The translations under genes were made by a program, and so were the position numbers. A stretch of DNA of 64,000 bases, taken from sequence record NC_019407.1. One strand, written 5' to 3'. The first letter of the stretch is position 1. Every line of letters begins with the position of its first letter. The notes beneath the pieces were generated by a model. That model saw nothing but the letters and a program-made list of their open reading frames with translations, ran no database searches and had not been told where the DNA came from. Below are positions 19,258 to 28,762 of the stretch, piece by piece.

Positions 19258-20691
19258 TTAACGGGGGATGTCGAGGTGATCGGCCAGGGCGTCGGCGCCT
19301 CCGATGAACGCCTCTTCCTCGCCGGCCGCGTCCAGCAGGAAGATCATCGGCGAGGTGTTCCAGGTCGGGTGGCCCCAGTTCTGGCGGACGTCCTCGAACT
19401 TGGCGCGGCGGTCCTCGTCGCTGGGCTGGACGGCGTCATAGGGGATGCCCTCACGATCCAGGTAGGCCTTGGCCCGGTCGCAGTGCGGGCAGTTGGCCTT
19501 GGTGTAGACCCGGTATTCCGGCGCGCCGGCCGGCGCGGTGACCGCCACCTCGTCGAGGCGCTTGACCGACCAGTAACGCGGCGTCTCGGGGATCGCGCAG
19601 ACGCCCTCCTCAGCGCAGCCGTCGTCCTCCGGAGGCGGCGTCCAGACCGGGCGCTGAAGGAAGCTGAACGCCCGTTCCCAGCCGGGGATTTCGCCCTTGC
19701 CGTACTCCGTCGAGCGCTGCTCGAAGAAGTTGGTGTGGGTCGGGGCGTTCATGATCCAGTCGAGCCAGTCGAACGGATTGTCCTTGACGCCGTAGTTGGG
19801 CTTCAGGCCCAGTTGCAGCAGTCGGCGGTCGGCGATGTAGCGGATGTACTGCTTGGTGTCCTCGGGCGTGACGCCCTCGATCTGGAGTTTGCGGAACTTG
19901 CCCGAGCGGCGCTCGGCGCGGTTCTTCGCCGCCGGCTTGGCCTCGGTCATGTCCGGGGCGATCGCGAAGGCCTGATCGATGAACGCGTCTTCGAGGTCGA
20001 CCATGGCGCGGCAGGCGTCATAGATGCGCTTCTTGGTCTCGTCGTTCCAGGAGCGCGGATGCTCCTTGATCAACTCGTGCAGGAGCTTGATCATCGACTC
20101 CACGTGATGGCTCTCGTCGCGGATCGACCACTCGACGATCGTGGTCATGCCCTTCATGCGGTTGCGGCGCTGGAAGGACATCAGCAGGGCGAAGGACGAG
20201 AAAAGCTGCATCCCCTCGCCGAAGGCCGAGAACACGGCGATGTCGACCATCAGGTCGGCGATCGAGTTGCCGCTGTCCCGATTGAACATGTACTCGTGCT
20301 TTTCGCGCATCGCCTCGTAGTCGAGGAAGGCGCGGAACTCGACCTCGGGCAGGCCCAGGGTGTCGATCAGCGTCGAGTAGGCGTCGATGTGGTTGGCCTC
20401 GGCGGCGATGAACGCGCCCAGCATCATCCGCACTTCCGGGTGCGGGAAGCGCGGGCCGTACTTCTCGAAGTAGCCGCGCGCCACGTCGACGTCGGCCTGG
20501 GTGAAGAACCGGAAGAGTTGCGTCAGCAGGGACTTCTCGTTCGGCGTCAGCTTCTCGTTCCAGTCCTGGATGTCCTGGTCCATGGGGGCTTCGTGCGGAA
20601 GCCAGTGCATGGCCTGCATGGTCTTGTAGGCCTCATAGGCCCAGGGGTAGACGAACGGCTTGTAGTAGTCGCGGGACTTGAGCAGGGACAT
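19258..20691 (-). CDS. nrdB: Ribonucleotide reductase class Ia beta subunit fused to C-terminal glutaredoxin
   Basis: FFTQAD, EANHIDAY, EGMQLFSSF, DESHH and NFFEQR motifs; C-terminal YTKANCPHCDRAK...FIGG. Confidence 0.93.
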   Translation of the reverse strand: MSLLKSRDYYKPFVYPWAYEAYKTMQAMHWLPHEAPMDQDIQDWNEKLTPNEKSLLTQLFRFFTQADVDVARGYFEKYGPRFPHPEVRMMLGAFIAAEANHIDAYSTLIDTLGLPEVEFRAFLDYEAMREKHEYMFNRDSGNSIADLMVDIAVFSAFGEGMQLFSSFALLMSFQRRNRMKGMTTIVEWSIRDESHHVESMIKLLHELIKEHPRSWNDETKKRIYDACRAMVDLEDAFIDQAFAIAPDMTEAKPAAKNRAERRSGKFRKLQIEGVTPEDTKQYIRYIADRRLLQLGLKPNYGVKDNPFDWLDWIMNAPTHTNFFEQRSTEYGKGEIPGWERAFSFLQRPVWTPPPEDDGCAEEGVCAIPETPRYWSVKRLDEVAVTAPAGAPEYRVYTKANCPHCDRAKAYLDREGIPYDAVQPSDEDRRAKFEDVRQNWGHPTWNTSPMIFLLDAAGEEEAFIGGADALADHLDIPR

Positions 20692-20744
20692 GAAGGGGTC
20701 TCAGGAAAAGGAGGGAAGGGGAGGATGAAGGGGCCGGCGGCCCC

Positions 20745-23552
20745 TTACCCCTCACATGCCAAGCAGTCGGACGAGGCCGTCGGATTGAGGGCCAGCATCG
20801 CGGCCTCCTCGGCGGAGCCCTCGGTCACGGGCTCCTCGGCGAACTCGATCTTCTTGCGCTCGACCTTGGCGTTGGTGTTCTCGGCCCGCTTGGGGGTCGA
20901 CGAGCGCAGGTAGTAGAACGACTTGACGCCGGCGCCCTCGCCCCAGCCCAGGAAGTGGAGTTCCGAGAGGTACTCGGCGTCCGCATCATGGGGCACGAAG
21001 ACGTTCAGGGACTGGCCCTGGCAGATCGACTTGGAGCGGTCGACCGCCAGGGTCACGACCCAACGCTGATCCATCTCGCGGGCGGTCCGGTAGACCTTCA
21101 GGAGATGCAGGCGCTCGGCTTCCGGCATGGTCACGCCGTGCTCGGCCAGGAACTCGGGCGTGAAGTGCTGGATCGAACCCTCGGCCGCGACGATCGACTT
21201 CCAGACCGCCTCGGTGTCCAGGCCCAGTTCGCCCAGGCGCTTCTTCAGCCAGCGGTTCTTGACGGCGAACGAGCCCGACAGAGTCTTGTGCAGGAAGGTG
21301 TTGGCCGGGATCGGCTCGATCGACGGCGAGGTGCCCCCGCAAAGGATCGAGGACGAGGCGTTGGGCGCCACGGCCAGCTTGTGGGCGAACCGCTCGCCCG
21401 TGCCTTCCATGTCCGGCGCCTCGCCGCGCTCCTTGCCCAGCAGCAGGGAAGCCGCGTCGGCCTGCTTGCGCATGTGGACGAACAGTTCCAGGTTCAGCCG
21501 GCGGGCGGCGTGACTCTCGAACGGGATGTCCAGCATCTGGAGCAGCGAGTGGAAGCCGAGCAGGCCCAGGCCCACCGACCGTTCGCGCACGGCGCTGTAG
21601 GCGGCGCGGTGCATCTCGTCCGGCGCGTTGTCGATGAACACCTGGAGGCAGTTGTCCAGCATGCGCAGCAGGTCTTCGATGAAGGTCGGGTGATCCCGCC
21701 ACTCCGGCCACTTCTCGGCGTTGACGCTGGAAAGGCAGCAGACGGCGGTCCGCATCTTGCCGAAGATGTCGCGGCCCGAGCCCAGCATGATCTCCGAGCA
21801 GTTGCCCGTCAGATAGCCGTTGAAGACCAGACGGTGGCGCAGGGGCTCGGTCGCGCAGAAGACGTCGGCCTTGTGCGCGAGCGGATGGACGTCGGCGACC
21901 GTCGCCGCCAGGATCGAGGCCACCCCGATCGCGGCGTCGCGCGGCTCGATCGCGTGAGCCAGGACGATGCCGCGATCCGACAGATAGGCCACATCCCACT
22001 CGGCGAGCGAGAAGGCGCTGACCGTGTCGGTCAGGCGGATGCGCGGGTGCAGGCCGGACTCGATGGCCATGAGGCGCATCTGGCGGATCAGGTCGACGTC
22101 GGTCGAGCCCACGGTCAGCCAACGCACGCCGTCGATCTCGACCCACTCGCCGGCCGCGTCCAGGGCGCCGGCCAGCCACGTCAGGCGGCGTTCGACGGTC
22201 CAGGCGAATGGCACCACGCCGGGATTGATCACCTGCGGGTCAAAGCGCAGGGTCGTGCCGTGCTCGTCGCCTTCCAGGTTGGTCGACAGCGTCGACAGGC
22301 GCTTGAGCACCTCGCCCGGCAGGCTCGCGGGCACGAAGGCCGACAGCCGGTTCTTGTCGTCGAAGCCGGCGAAGGTCGTCCACCCGGCGGCATAGGCCTG
22401 CTCGATCGGCGGCGTCGCCTCGGCCAGCCCCTCGATCACCGGCGCCTGGGCCTTGGCCAGCACGGTCCCGAGCTTCAGTTCGCCGGCCCGCACCTCCACG
22501 CCGTCCTGGGTGTAGAACTTGTGGTAGGGGGTGCAGTCGAGATAGTCGCCATCCTCGAACCAGACGCGCACCAGCGCGGCCTTCTCGTCGGTGGGGTTGG
22601 TCTGCTGGATCAGGACGCGGCTGAATTCCTCGCCGTTCCAGACGTCGTGGTATTCGCCCTTCAGGGCCTCGATCGGCAGGTGGCCGTTGCGGGTCAGGAT
22701 TTCGGTCTCGCCGGTCACGCAGAGGTTCGACTGGCGGACCTTGAGGCCGAGCTTCTTCTGCGCCTCGGGGAAGTGGCGGTTGGAGGTGTCGATGAAGTGG
22801 ATGTAGGGCTCGCCCGTCTGCATCCGCGTCTCGATCAGCAGGCGCCACAGTTCGCGCGCCCGCTCGACGCGGATCACCTCGCCGGTCTTGGGCGAGCGCA
22901 GGGCGAACTCGGTGTCGTCGCGCACCGCGATCATGAACTCGTCGGTGACGTTGACGGCGTTGTGCAGGTTGGTGATCTTGCGGTTCTGGTCGCCGCCGGT
23001 AGGCTTGCGGGCCGTGATGAACTCGCGGATTTCCGGGTGGCTGATGTCCAGATAGACGGCGTTGGAGCCCCGGCGCGTGCCGCCTTGGCTGACGGCGAGA
23101 ATCAGGCGATCGTCCACCGCCATGAACGGGATCACGCCGGTCGACTGCGAACCCTTCGAGGTCTTCTCGCCCAGGCCGCGCAGGGCGCCGTAGTAGGAGC
23201 CGATGCCGCCGCCCATCGACGAGAGCCAGATGACCTCGTCATAGTGCTCGGAGATCGACTCGCGGCTGTCCTCGATCGCGGTGAGGAAGCAGGAGATCGG
23301 CAGGCCGCGCGCGGACCCGCCGTTCGACAGCAGGGGCGTGGCGAACATGAACCAGAGGTTCGAGACATAGTCGTAGAGCCGCTGGCCGTGCTCGGCGTCA
23401 TCCGCGAAGGCCGCACTCGCGCGCGCGAAGGCCTCCTGGGGCGAGCTTTCCCCAGGCAGCAGATAGCGTTCACGGAGGGTCTGAAGGGTGAAGTCGTCGA
23501 GCAGGGCGTCGCGGGTGAGATCGATCTTGATTTCGGAGGGTGCGACAGCCAT
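20745..23552 (-). CDS. nrdA: Ribonucleotide reductase class Ia alpha subunit (intein-containing)
   Basis: FATPLLSNGG, GLPISCF, SQGGTRRGS, SNL[intein]CSEI, APNASSS and KSFYY motifs; C-terminal CLAC. Start taken at ATG 23552. Confidence 0.95.
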   Translation of the reverse strand: MAVAPSEIKIDLTRDALLDDFTLQTLRERYLLPGESSPQEAFARASAAFADDAEHGQRLYDYVSNLWFMFATPLLSNGGSARGLPISCFLTAIEDSRESISEHYDEVIWLSSMGGGIGSYYGALRGLGEKTSKGSQSTGVIPFMAVDDRLILAVSQGGTRRGSNAVYLDISHPEIREFITARKPTGGDQNRKITNLHNAVNVTDEFMIAVRDDTEFALRSPKTGEVIRVERARELWRLLIETRMQTGEPYIHFIDTSNRHFPEAQKKLGLKVRQSNLCVTGETEILTRNGHLPIEALKGEYHDVWNGEEFSRVLIQQTNPTDEKAALVRVWFEDGDYLDCTPYHKFYTQDGVEVRAGELKLGTVLAKAQAPVIEGLAEATPPIEQAYAAGWTTFAGFDDKNRLSAFVPASLPGEVLKRLSTLSTNLEGDEHGTTLRFDPQVINPGVVPFAWTVERRLTWLAGALDAAGEWVEIDGVRWLTVGSTDVDLIRQMRLMAIESGLHPRIRLTDTVSAFSLAEWDVAYLSDRGIVLAHAIEPRDAAIGVASILAATVADVHPLAHKADVFCATEPLRHRLVFNGYLTGNCSEIMLGSGRDIFGKMRTAVCCLSSVNAEKWPEWRDHPTFIEDLLRMLDNCLQVFIDNAPDEMHRAAYSAVRERSVGLGLLGFHSLLQMLDIPFESHAARRLNLELFVHMRKQADAASLLLGKERGEAPDMEGTGERFAHKLAVAPNASSSILCGGTSPSIEPIPANTFLHKTLSGSFAVKNRWLKKRLGELGLDTEAVWKSIVAAEGSIQHFTPEFLAEHGVTMPEAERLHLLKVYRTAREMDQRWVVTLAVDRSKSICQGQSLNVFVPHDADAEYLSELHFLGWGEGAGVKSFYYLRSSTPKRAENTNAKVERKKIEFAEEPVTEGSAEEAAMLALNPTASSDCLACEG
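21801..22721 (-). mobile_element. Intein (307 aa) at the NrdA catalytic N-x-C-x-E site, with degenerate LAGLIDADG region
   Basis: Begins CVTGETEILT, has block B LDCTPYHKF and WLAGALDAAG, ends LVFNGYLTGN before C+1. Confidence 0.93.
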
Positions 23553-23658
23553 GGGGTCTCGTTCTCGCGTCGAGGCGCGATGCGTTAAAAAGCCCTGAGA
23601 AATCAGGGCCTTAGATTGACAGCAAAGGATGGTTAAGATAGCCTGAGGGGTCCCGAAA

Positions 23659-23673
23659 GTCAAGATTCACGAC
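23659..23673 (-). promoter_or_regulatory. GTCGTGAATCTTGAC element / nrdA promoter
   Basis: Motif followed by TTGACT-17-TATCTT on the minus strand. Confidence 0.78.
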
Positions 23674-23714
23674 ACTCGTGAACCCCTCAAAGATTCCTTG
23701 ACAGCCCCTCGGAT

Positions 23715-23966
23715 TTACTCGTCGGCGAACTTCATTCCGGCCGCCTGGAGGATGTCCTTGGTATTGCAGGGCTTTCCATCCAGGAGGAAACAGAGGCGGG
23801 TTTCGCGGACCCGATCCCCCAGCGCGGCGATCGCGCGTTCGAGGACCGTCATCCCATCGCCGAGGGGAGCGATCAGGGCTCCGGTCTCGCGCGGGAGGCG
23901 AGGGCCGCTGCCCTTCGCCTCCTTCGGGGTCTTGCTCCGCTTACCGGACAACGCCAGCCACCCCAA
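23715..23966 (-). CDS. Hypothetical protein
   Basis: In the operon and overlapping the upstream gene; start uncertain. Confidence 0.5.
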   Translation of the reverse strand: MGWLALSGKRSKTPKEAKGSGPRLPRETGALIAPLGDGMTVLERAIAALGDRVRETRLCFLLDGKPCNTKDILQAAGMKFADE

Positions 23967-24288
23967 CCACCGCCTGGAACTCGGCCAGGGCTTGGTCGAC
24001 GTCGTGCCCGGCGGCGATCTTCGCCGAGAGGTCCGCGACGGCGGTGTTGACCCGGTCGAGTTCGGCCTTGAAGTAGTCCGGGGTCTCCTTCAGGATGTTG
24101 ACCAGCGCCAGGGTGACGATGTCGACCACCGGGATGCGGATGGTCTCGCCGTCGGCTTCGTTGAACGAGGCCAGCGACAGACCGATGGTGAAGCCGCTCG
24201 GATTATCCGGCGTCTCGGTCAGGGCCAGGACCGCTTGGGCGAGCGAGCGCTCTTCTTGGACCTGGATGTCTTCAGTGGGGAAGGTCAT
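23941..24288 (-). CDS. Hypothetical protein
   Basis: High GC3; preceded by GGAATCC. Confidence 0.7.
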   Translation of the reverse strand: MTFPTEDIQVQEERSLAQAVLALTETPDNPSGFTIGLSLASFNEADGETIRIPVVDIVTLALVNILKETPDYFKAELDRVNTAVADLSAKIAAGHDVDQALAEFQAVVGVAGVVR

Positions 24289-24577
24289 GGGATTCCTGCT
24301 GCATGAGGAGGGTGATGCGGTTGACGGCGTCGACTTCGCTGATCGGCCCGGCCTTCAACAGGGCGTCGATCGTGTCGGCGATCACCCCCTGCTGGTCGAG
24401 GGTCATGATCGCGAGCCCGTAGAGCAGCGCCTGGGACGCGTGGCGCCGGACGCTCGGAGTGGTGTGGTGGATGATCAGGTCGGCCTCGGCGCGATCCCCG
24501 CTGGCGGGCACGAAGGCCGAAAGCGAGAATTCCGGGGCCAGATCGTCCGGGATATCGAGAGGGGCGGGGGAGGACAT
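24272..24577 (-). CDS. Hypothetical protein
   Basis: GGAG RBS; high GC3. Confidence 0.7.
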   Translation of the reverse strand: MSSPAPLDIPDDLAPEFSLSAFVPASGDRAEADLIIHHTTPSVRRHASQALLYGLAIMTLDQQGVIADTIDALLKAGPISEVDAVNRITLLMQQESHDLPH

Positions 24578-24615
24578 GCTCGGCTCCGGTGATGTCGTGT
24601 CTCCTGACGATTGAT

Positions 24616-24630
24616 GTCAGGATTCACGAC
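24616..24630 (-). promoter_or_regulatory. GTCGTGAATCCTGAC element (1 mismatch)
   Basis: Intergenic motif copy. Confidence 0.65.
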
Positions 24631-24644
24631 ATCGGTCAACAAGG

Positions 24645-25604
24645 TTAATTCGCCGCAGGGGCGTCCCAGACGGCTTCGCCCGGCACGAACTTGCGGAACT
24701 GCTGGAAGCCCCGGAAATTGCCCTGGTGCGCCTTGGTCAGCGCGGCGCCCGGACGGGCGGCGCGGGCTTGATGCTCCAGCGGCGAGGCGTGGACCGGCTG
24801 GGAGCCGGCCAGCTTCAGGAAGGTCCCGACGTCACGGGTGATCGAGGCCTTGGAGCCGTCGAAGTCGCGATAGCTGGCGCGCGCGCAGCGCGACGCCGAC
24901 GAGACGATCAGGAGGCGGTCGATCTCGGAGACCTCGCGCAGATTGACGAAGGCGAAGTCGATCAGGCCCAGATTGTAGTCGGCCTGAGCCCGCTCGTTGC
25001 GCAGGAAGCGCGAGATCGTGTCGATGTCCTCTTCCAGGTTGATGAACGGCAGGTGCCATTCGCCCGGCCGCAGCAGGCGCGGGGTCTGGGCGTACAGGTC
25101 CGCCTTGATCCGCCGCGCCAGGGTCTGGATTTCGTCCTGGGCGCCGGCGTCGTCGCGCAGGGTCAGGAAGTTGATCCAGTCGGTGGCCGAGACCACGACC
25201 GAGATGTAGCCGAACCATTCGGTGGCGCGGTTGACCCACTGCTTATGGATGTTGAGGCCGCCTTCCTCGCGCGGCAGGCCCAGCTTGGCGACGCCGGCGC
25301 GCACCGCGTCCGCCATCTCCATCCAGATCGCCTCGGCCGCCTCCTGGTCGGCGTTCGACAGATATTCGCCCGGTTGCATGCCCGGCTTGTTCTCGCGGAA
25401 CAGCGGCACGTAGGGCTCGTCCAGCAGCATCTTCTTGAGCGGGATGGCCCGGCTCGACGAGGCGTTGCGGCTGAACACCCGATGGGTCATGAAGTCGGCG
25501 TGGACCATGCGCGGATAGCGCAGCAGCAGACTGTCCAGGCGCTTGCCGTCCTGGGTGATCGACGCGGCCAGCGGCGTCGTTTGAACGAAATCGAGGGTCG
25601 GCAT
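24645..25604 (-). CDS. thyX: Flavin-dependent thymidylate synthase (ThyX-like)
   Basis: THRVFSRNASSSRAIP matches the RHRxxSxxxxSxR signature; located in the dNTP cluster. Confidence 0.8.
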   Translation of the reverse strand: MPTLDFVQTTPLAASITQDGKRLDSLLLRYPRMVHADFMTHRVFSRNASSSRAIPLKKMLLDEPYVPLFRENKPGMQPGEYLSNADQEAAEAIWMEMADAVRAGVAKLGLPREEGGLNIHKQWVNRATEWFGYISVVVSATDWINFLTLRDDAGAQDEIQTLARRIKADLYAQTPRLLRPGEWHLPFINLEEDIDTISRFLRNERAQADYNLGLIDFAFVNLREVSEIDRLLIVSSASRCARASYRDFDGSKASITRDVGTFLKLAGSQPVHASPLEHQARAARPGAALTKAHQGNFRGFQQFRKFVPGEAVWDAPAAN

Positions 25605-25607
25605 GGA

Positions 25608-26144
25608 TCAGTCCTGGTCGGCGTCGAGCACGATCATGGCGATCGCGTTGTGGAGATCGTCGATCCCCCGGTCGTTGGTGATGGTCCAGTCGGGGACGAT
25701 CAGGTCCATCTCCAGTTCGGAGGCGTGCTGGGAGGCGGCGTCCTTGGTGACCTTGCGCGGGTCCTCGACGCGGATGATCCGGCCCTTCAGCGCCCGCACG
25801 GCGGCGGCCTCGTTCAGGAAGCGGCAGTCCGAGCAGACGACATGGCTGTAGCCCCCGGCCGCCCGCTTGAAGGCCTCGATCCAGGTGTCCGACTCATAGG
25901 AGCGGAACATCTCGGTGCCGATCTTCTGGAGGATGTCGCGGGGGCTCTTGAAGGGGTAGCGGTCCAGGACCGTCTCCTTGAGCACCGGGTCCGACATTTC
26001 GAGGTCGGTCACGCCATAGGCGATCTTGGCGATCTCCCGCAGCGGGTCGGCGAAGTTGATGTGGCGGTAGCCGGCGGCTTCCAGGCGGCGGGCGGCCGTC
26101 GTCTTGCCGTGCCCGCGCTTGCCGGTGATGGCAATCAGGTCCAT
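25608..26144 (-). CDS. Deoxynucleoside monophosphate kinase
   Basis: GKRGHGKTT P-loop; FADPLR, PRDILQKIGTE, SDCRFLNE and HASE motifs. Confidence 0.9.
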   Translation of the reverse strand: MDLIAITGKRGHGKTTAARRLEAAGYRHINFADPLREIAKIAYGVTDLEMSDPVLKETVLDRYPFKSPRDILQKIGTEMFRSYESDTWIEAFKRAAGGYSHVVCSDCRFLNEAAAVRALKGRIIRVEDPRKVTKDAASQHASELEMDLIVPDWTITNDRGIDDLHNAIAMIVLDADQD

Positions 26145-26153
26145 GGGGTTCTC

Positions 26154-27488
26154 CTAGCGAAGGATGGTGAGGGTCTTGGCCGCGCGGGTGATGCCCGTGT
26201 AGAGCCACTTGTCTTCGTCGGCCCGGAAGCAGCCGCTTTCGTCGATCAGGACGACATCGTCCCACTGCGAACCCTGGCTGGCATGGCAGGTGATGGCGTA
26301 GGCCCAGTCCGCGACGATCGAGCTTTTCAGCGCCCGCCAAGCCTTCTGCTCAGGCGCGGTGTAGCCCTTGTTGGTGCGCGAGAAGTGCTCCTCGAACATC
26401 CCCTGGAACATCGTCTTGTCGTGGTACTCGACGCCGTTCTCGTCGCTGAACGAGCCCTGGAACGTCGCGTCGCCATGGGTGAACTCGACCGACTTGAGCG
26501 AGGTCACTTCCGTGCCGTTGGTCAGGTCCGGGTTGTCGCGGACGTTCTTGCGGATGATCAGCGGCTCGTTCTTCTGCGGCCCCACGCGCTCGCCAGGGTA
26601 CTCGACGTAGCCGAATTCCGAGCGAAGCTGCTGGTTGACGTTCCACCGGGTCTTGTTGCGGCCGACGATGAACTGCGGGCGGTCCTCGAAATCGAAGACC
26701 TCCTCATATTCGGCGCGGCGCATGACCTTCACCCCGCTGCCGTAGTCGCGGAACGGCAGGTCCTTGCCTTCGCGCGCCAGGGTCGACAGGTGGATGATCG
26801 GATTGTCCTGGGCCTGCCGGTGGATTTCCGACAGGAAGAAGTCCGGATCATTGGCCAGCAGGCCCGCGTCGTCCTCGACCGGCGGAAGCTGACCAGGATC
26901 GCCCATGGCGAAGATCGGCACCCCGTATTCCATGAGGTCGTCGGTCATCCGGCGCCCGACCATGGACGCCTCGTCGACGACGATCAGGCTCGCCAACTGG
27001 ATGGCGCTGTCGGGGTTCAGTTGGAAGTTGATCTTGTCCTCGCGGTAGGCCGCGCTGAGTTCGGCCTCCAGGCGCTTGATCAGCTTCTTTTGCGTGAAGA
27101 TGTGCTGGTCCTTGTCCGGATCGCCGCCTTCCATGGCGCAGATGTAGAGCGCTTCGCTGAGCGCTTCCCGGTGGTTTTCCAGGTCGGTTTCGAGTTGTGA
27201 GATCGGGGCCGGCTTGGCGCGGTAGATCGCCGAATGGATCGTGCCCGCGTTGGTGTTGGCGTAGCCCTGGGCCTTCAGCTTGGTCCGCATGACCTTGGCG
27301 GCCTTGCCCGTCGGGGCGACGAAGGCCACGGTCTCGGGTGCGATGCCGAGGCTGTCGAGAATGAACGGCAGGATGGTGGACTTGCCCGAGCCGGCGAAGC
27401 CGGTCATCGTCGTCAGGGGTTGCCCGTCCTTGATCTTTTCGACAACGACCTTGCGGGCCGTGTCCTGTTGTGCGCTGAGCGTAGTCAT
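26154..27488 (-). CDS. RecD/Dda-like SF1B helicase
   Basis: GFAGSGKS, APTGKAA, DEASMV, GDPGQLPPV, ITCHASQGSQW and YTGITRA motifs. Confidence 0.92.
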   Translation of the reverse strand: MTTLSAQQDTARKVVVEKIKDGQPLTTMTGFAGSGKSTILPFILDSLGIAPETVAFVAPTGKAAKVMRTKLKAQGYANTNAGTIHSAIYRAKPAPISQLETDLENHREALSEALYICAMEGGDPDKDQHIFTQKKLIKRLEAELSAAYREDKINFQLNPDSAIQLASLIVVDEASMVGRRMTDDLMEYGVPIFAMGDPGQLPPVEDDAGLLANDPDFFLSEIHRQAQDNPIIHLSTLAREGKDLPFRDYGSGVKVMRRAEYEEVFDFEDRPQFIVGRNKTRWNVNQQLRSEFGYVEYPGERVGPQKNEPLIIRKNVRDNPDLTNGTEVTSLKSVEFTHGDATFQGSFSDENGVEYHDKTMFQGMFEEHFSRTNKGYTAPEQKAWRALKSSIVADWAYAITCHASQGSQWDDVVLIDESGCFRADEDKWLYTGITRAAKTLTILR

Positions 27489-27561
27489 CGGAGACTTTCG
27501 GACGAGACGAGGGAACCCGCCCGGACGCGCCGGGCGGGTTGGTCGAAGGGATCAGGAGCGC

Positions 27562-28650
27562 TTAGAAGCGACCCCGGCCGCGCGAGGCGCGTTCGGTGCG
27601 CTCCTCGCCTTCGTCCTCGTCATCGCGACCCCGGCCGCGCGTCGGACGCTCGTCACGCTCGTCCTCCTCGTCGCGGCTGCGACGGGCGGGACGCTCGTCA
27701 CGTTCCTCGCGGTCGTCGTCGCGGCTGCGGCGAGCCGGACGCTCGTCTTCCTCGTCGCGCGAGCGACGGGCCGGACGTTCGTCCTCGTCGTCACGGCTGC
27801 GGCGGGCGGGACGCTCTTCCGGTTCGTCGTCGCGCGCGGCGCGGCGGCTCGAACGCTCTTCGCGCTCCTCCGGCTCGTCATCGCGGCTGCGGCGGCTCGA
27901 ACGCTCTTCGCGCTCTTCGCGGTCGTCGTCACGCGAACGACGGGCCGGACGCTCGTCCTCGTCGTCGCGGCTGCGACGCGAGCGCTTGTCCTCGACGGCC
28001 TTGGGCTTGTCGTCGTAGTCGTCCGGCGTGCCTTCCAGCAGCGCGGCCAGTTCCGTCTCCGGCATCCAGCGCACGATCTTGAACTTCGGCGCGTACTTGG
28101 TGACCTTCCGGCCGCCCTTGGTCTTGCCCTCGAAGGGGTTGGAGTCCAGGGCGATGATCGGCACCTCGCCGGGGTGGTTGCGGAAGCTGTTGCCGAAGTC
28201 CTTCAGGAACGCGGCCAGCGCCCGGCGCTTGGAGACGTTGTTGGCCTGGAAGACCATCTCGACGTAGGGCTCGTCGATCAGACGGAAATCGATCGTGTAC
28301 TGCTCGACCGGGCCGTCTTCCTCGCCGTAGGGACCGTGGTCCGGCAGGCTGTTCTTCGACGGCTGCGGGCCGTCTTGCAGGGCGACCATTTCTTCGTAGA
28401 CGACCTTGCCGTCCACCCAGATCACCCAGCCGCGCTTGTAGGAGCGCAGGTTGGCGGCCATTTCAGTGCCGTTCTTCAGCGGCTCGTCTTCGGCGCCGTA
28501 GGAGTACGTGCCGTCGTTGCCGTCGAACTTCATGAAGGCCTTGCCGTCGCCGCCGCCCTTGAGGTTGTTGGCCTCGTTGGCGATCGCGGCGTAGAAATCG
28601 TCCTGGCTGGCCAGATAGCCGCCGGCCGAACGCGTGGTGAGTTCACCCAT
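27562..28650 (-). CDS. Putative single-stranded DNA-binding protein with long R/D/E repeat tail
   Basis: Globular N-terminal domain, position in the replication cluster, ~130-aa mixed-charge tail. Confidence 0.6.
   Translation of the reverse strand: MGELTTRSAGGYLASQDDFYAAIANEANNLKGGGDGKAFMKFDGNDGTYSYGAEDEPLKNGTEMAANLRSYKRGWVIWVDGKVVYEEMVALQDGPQPSKNSLPDHGPYGEEDGPVEQYTIDFRLIDEPYVEMVFQANNVSKRRALAAFLKDFGNSFRNHPGEVPIIALDSNPFEGKTKGGRKVTKYAPKFKIVRWMPETELAALLEGTPDDYDDKPKAVEDKRSRRSRDDEDERPARRSRDDDREEREERSSRRSRDDEPEEREERSSRRAARDDEPEERPARRSRDDEDERPARRSRDEEDERPARRSRDDDREERDERPARRSRDEEDERDERPTRGRGRDDEDEGEERTERASRGRGRF
27580..28010 (-). repeat. Imperfect coding tandem repeats (RRSRDDEDERPA / RRSRDDDREERE)
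   Basis: About 8-9 units visible in protein and DNA. Confidence 0.9.
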
Positions 28651-28762
28651 TTGCTGATACCTATTTTCTGTGGAGTTCCTCGGAGGCGCGAGTGCCTCCG
28701 AGGCTGTTACTAGGACTAGGCTGAGACTAGGCTAGGACTGGTGGAAGACTTCGTAAGTTGAG

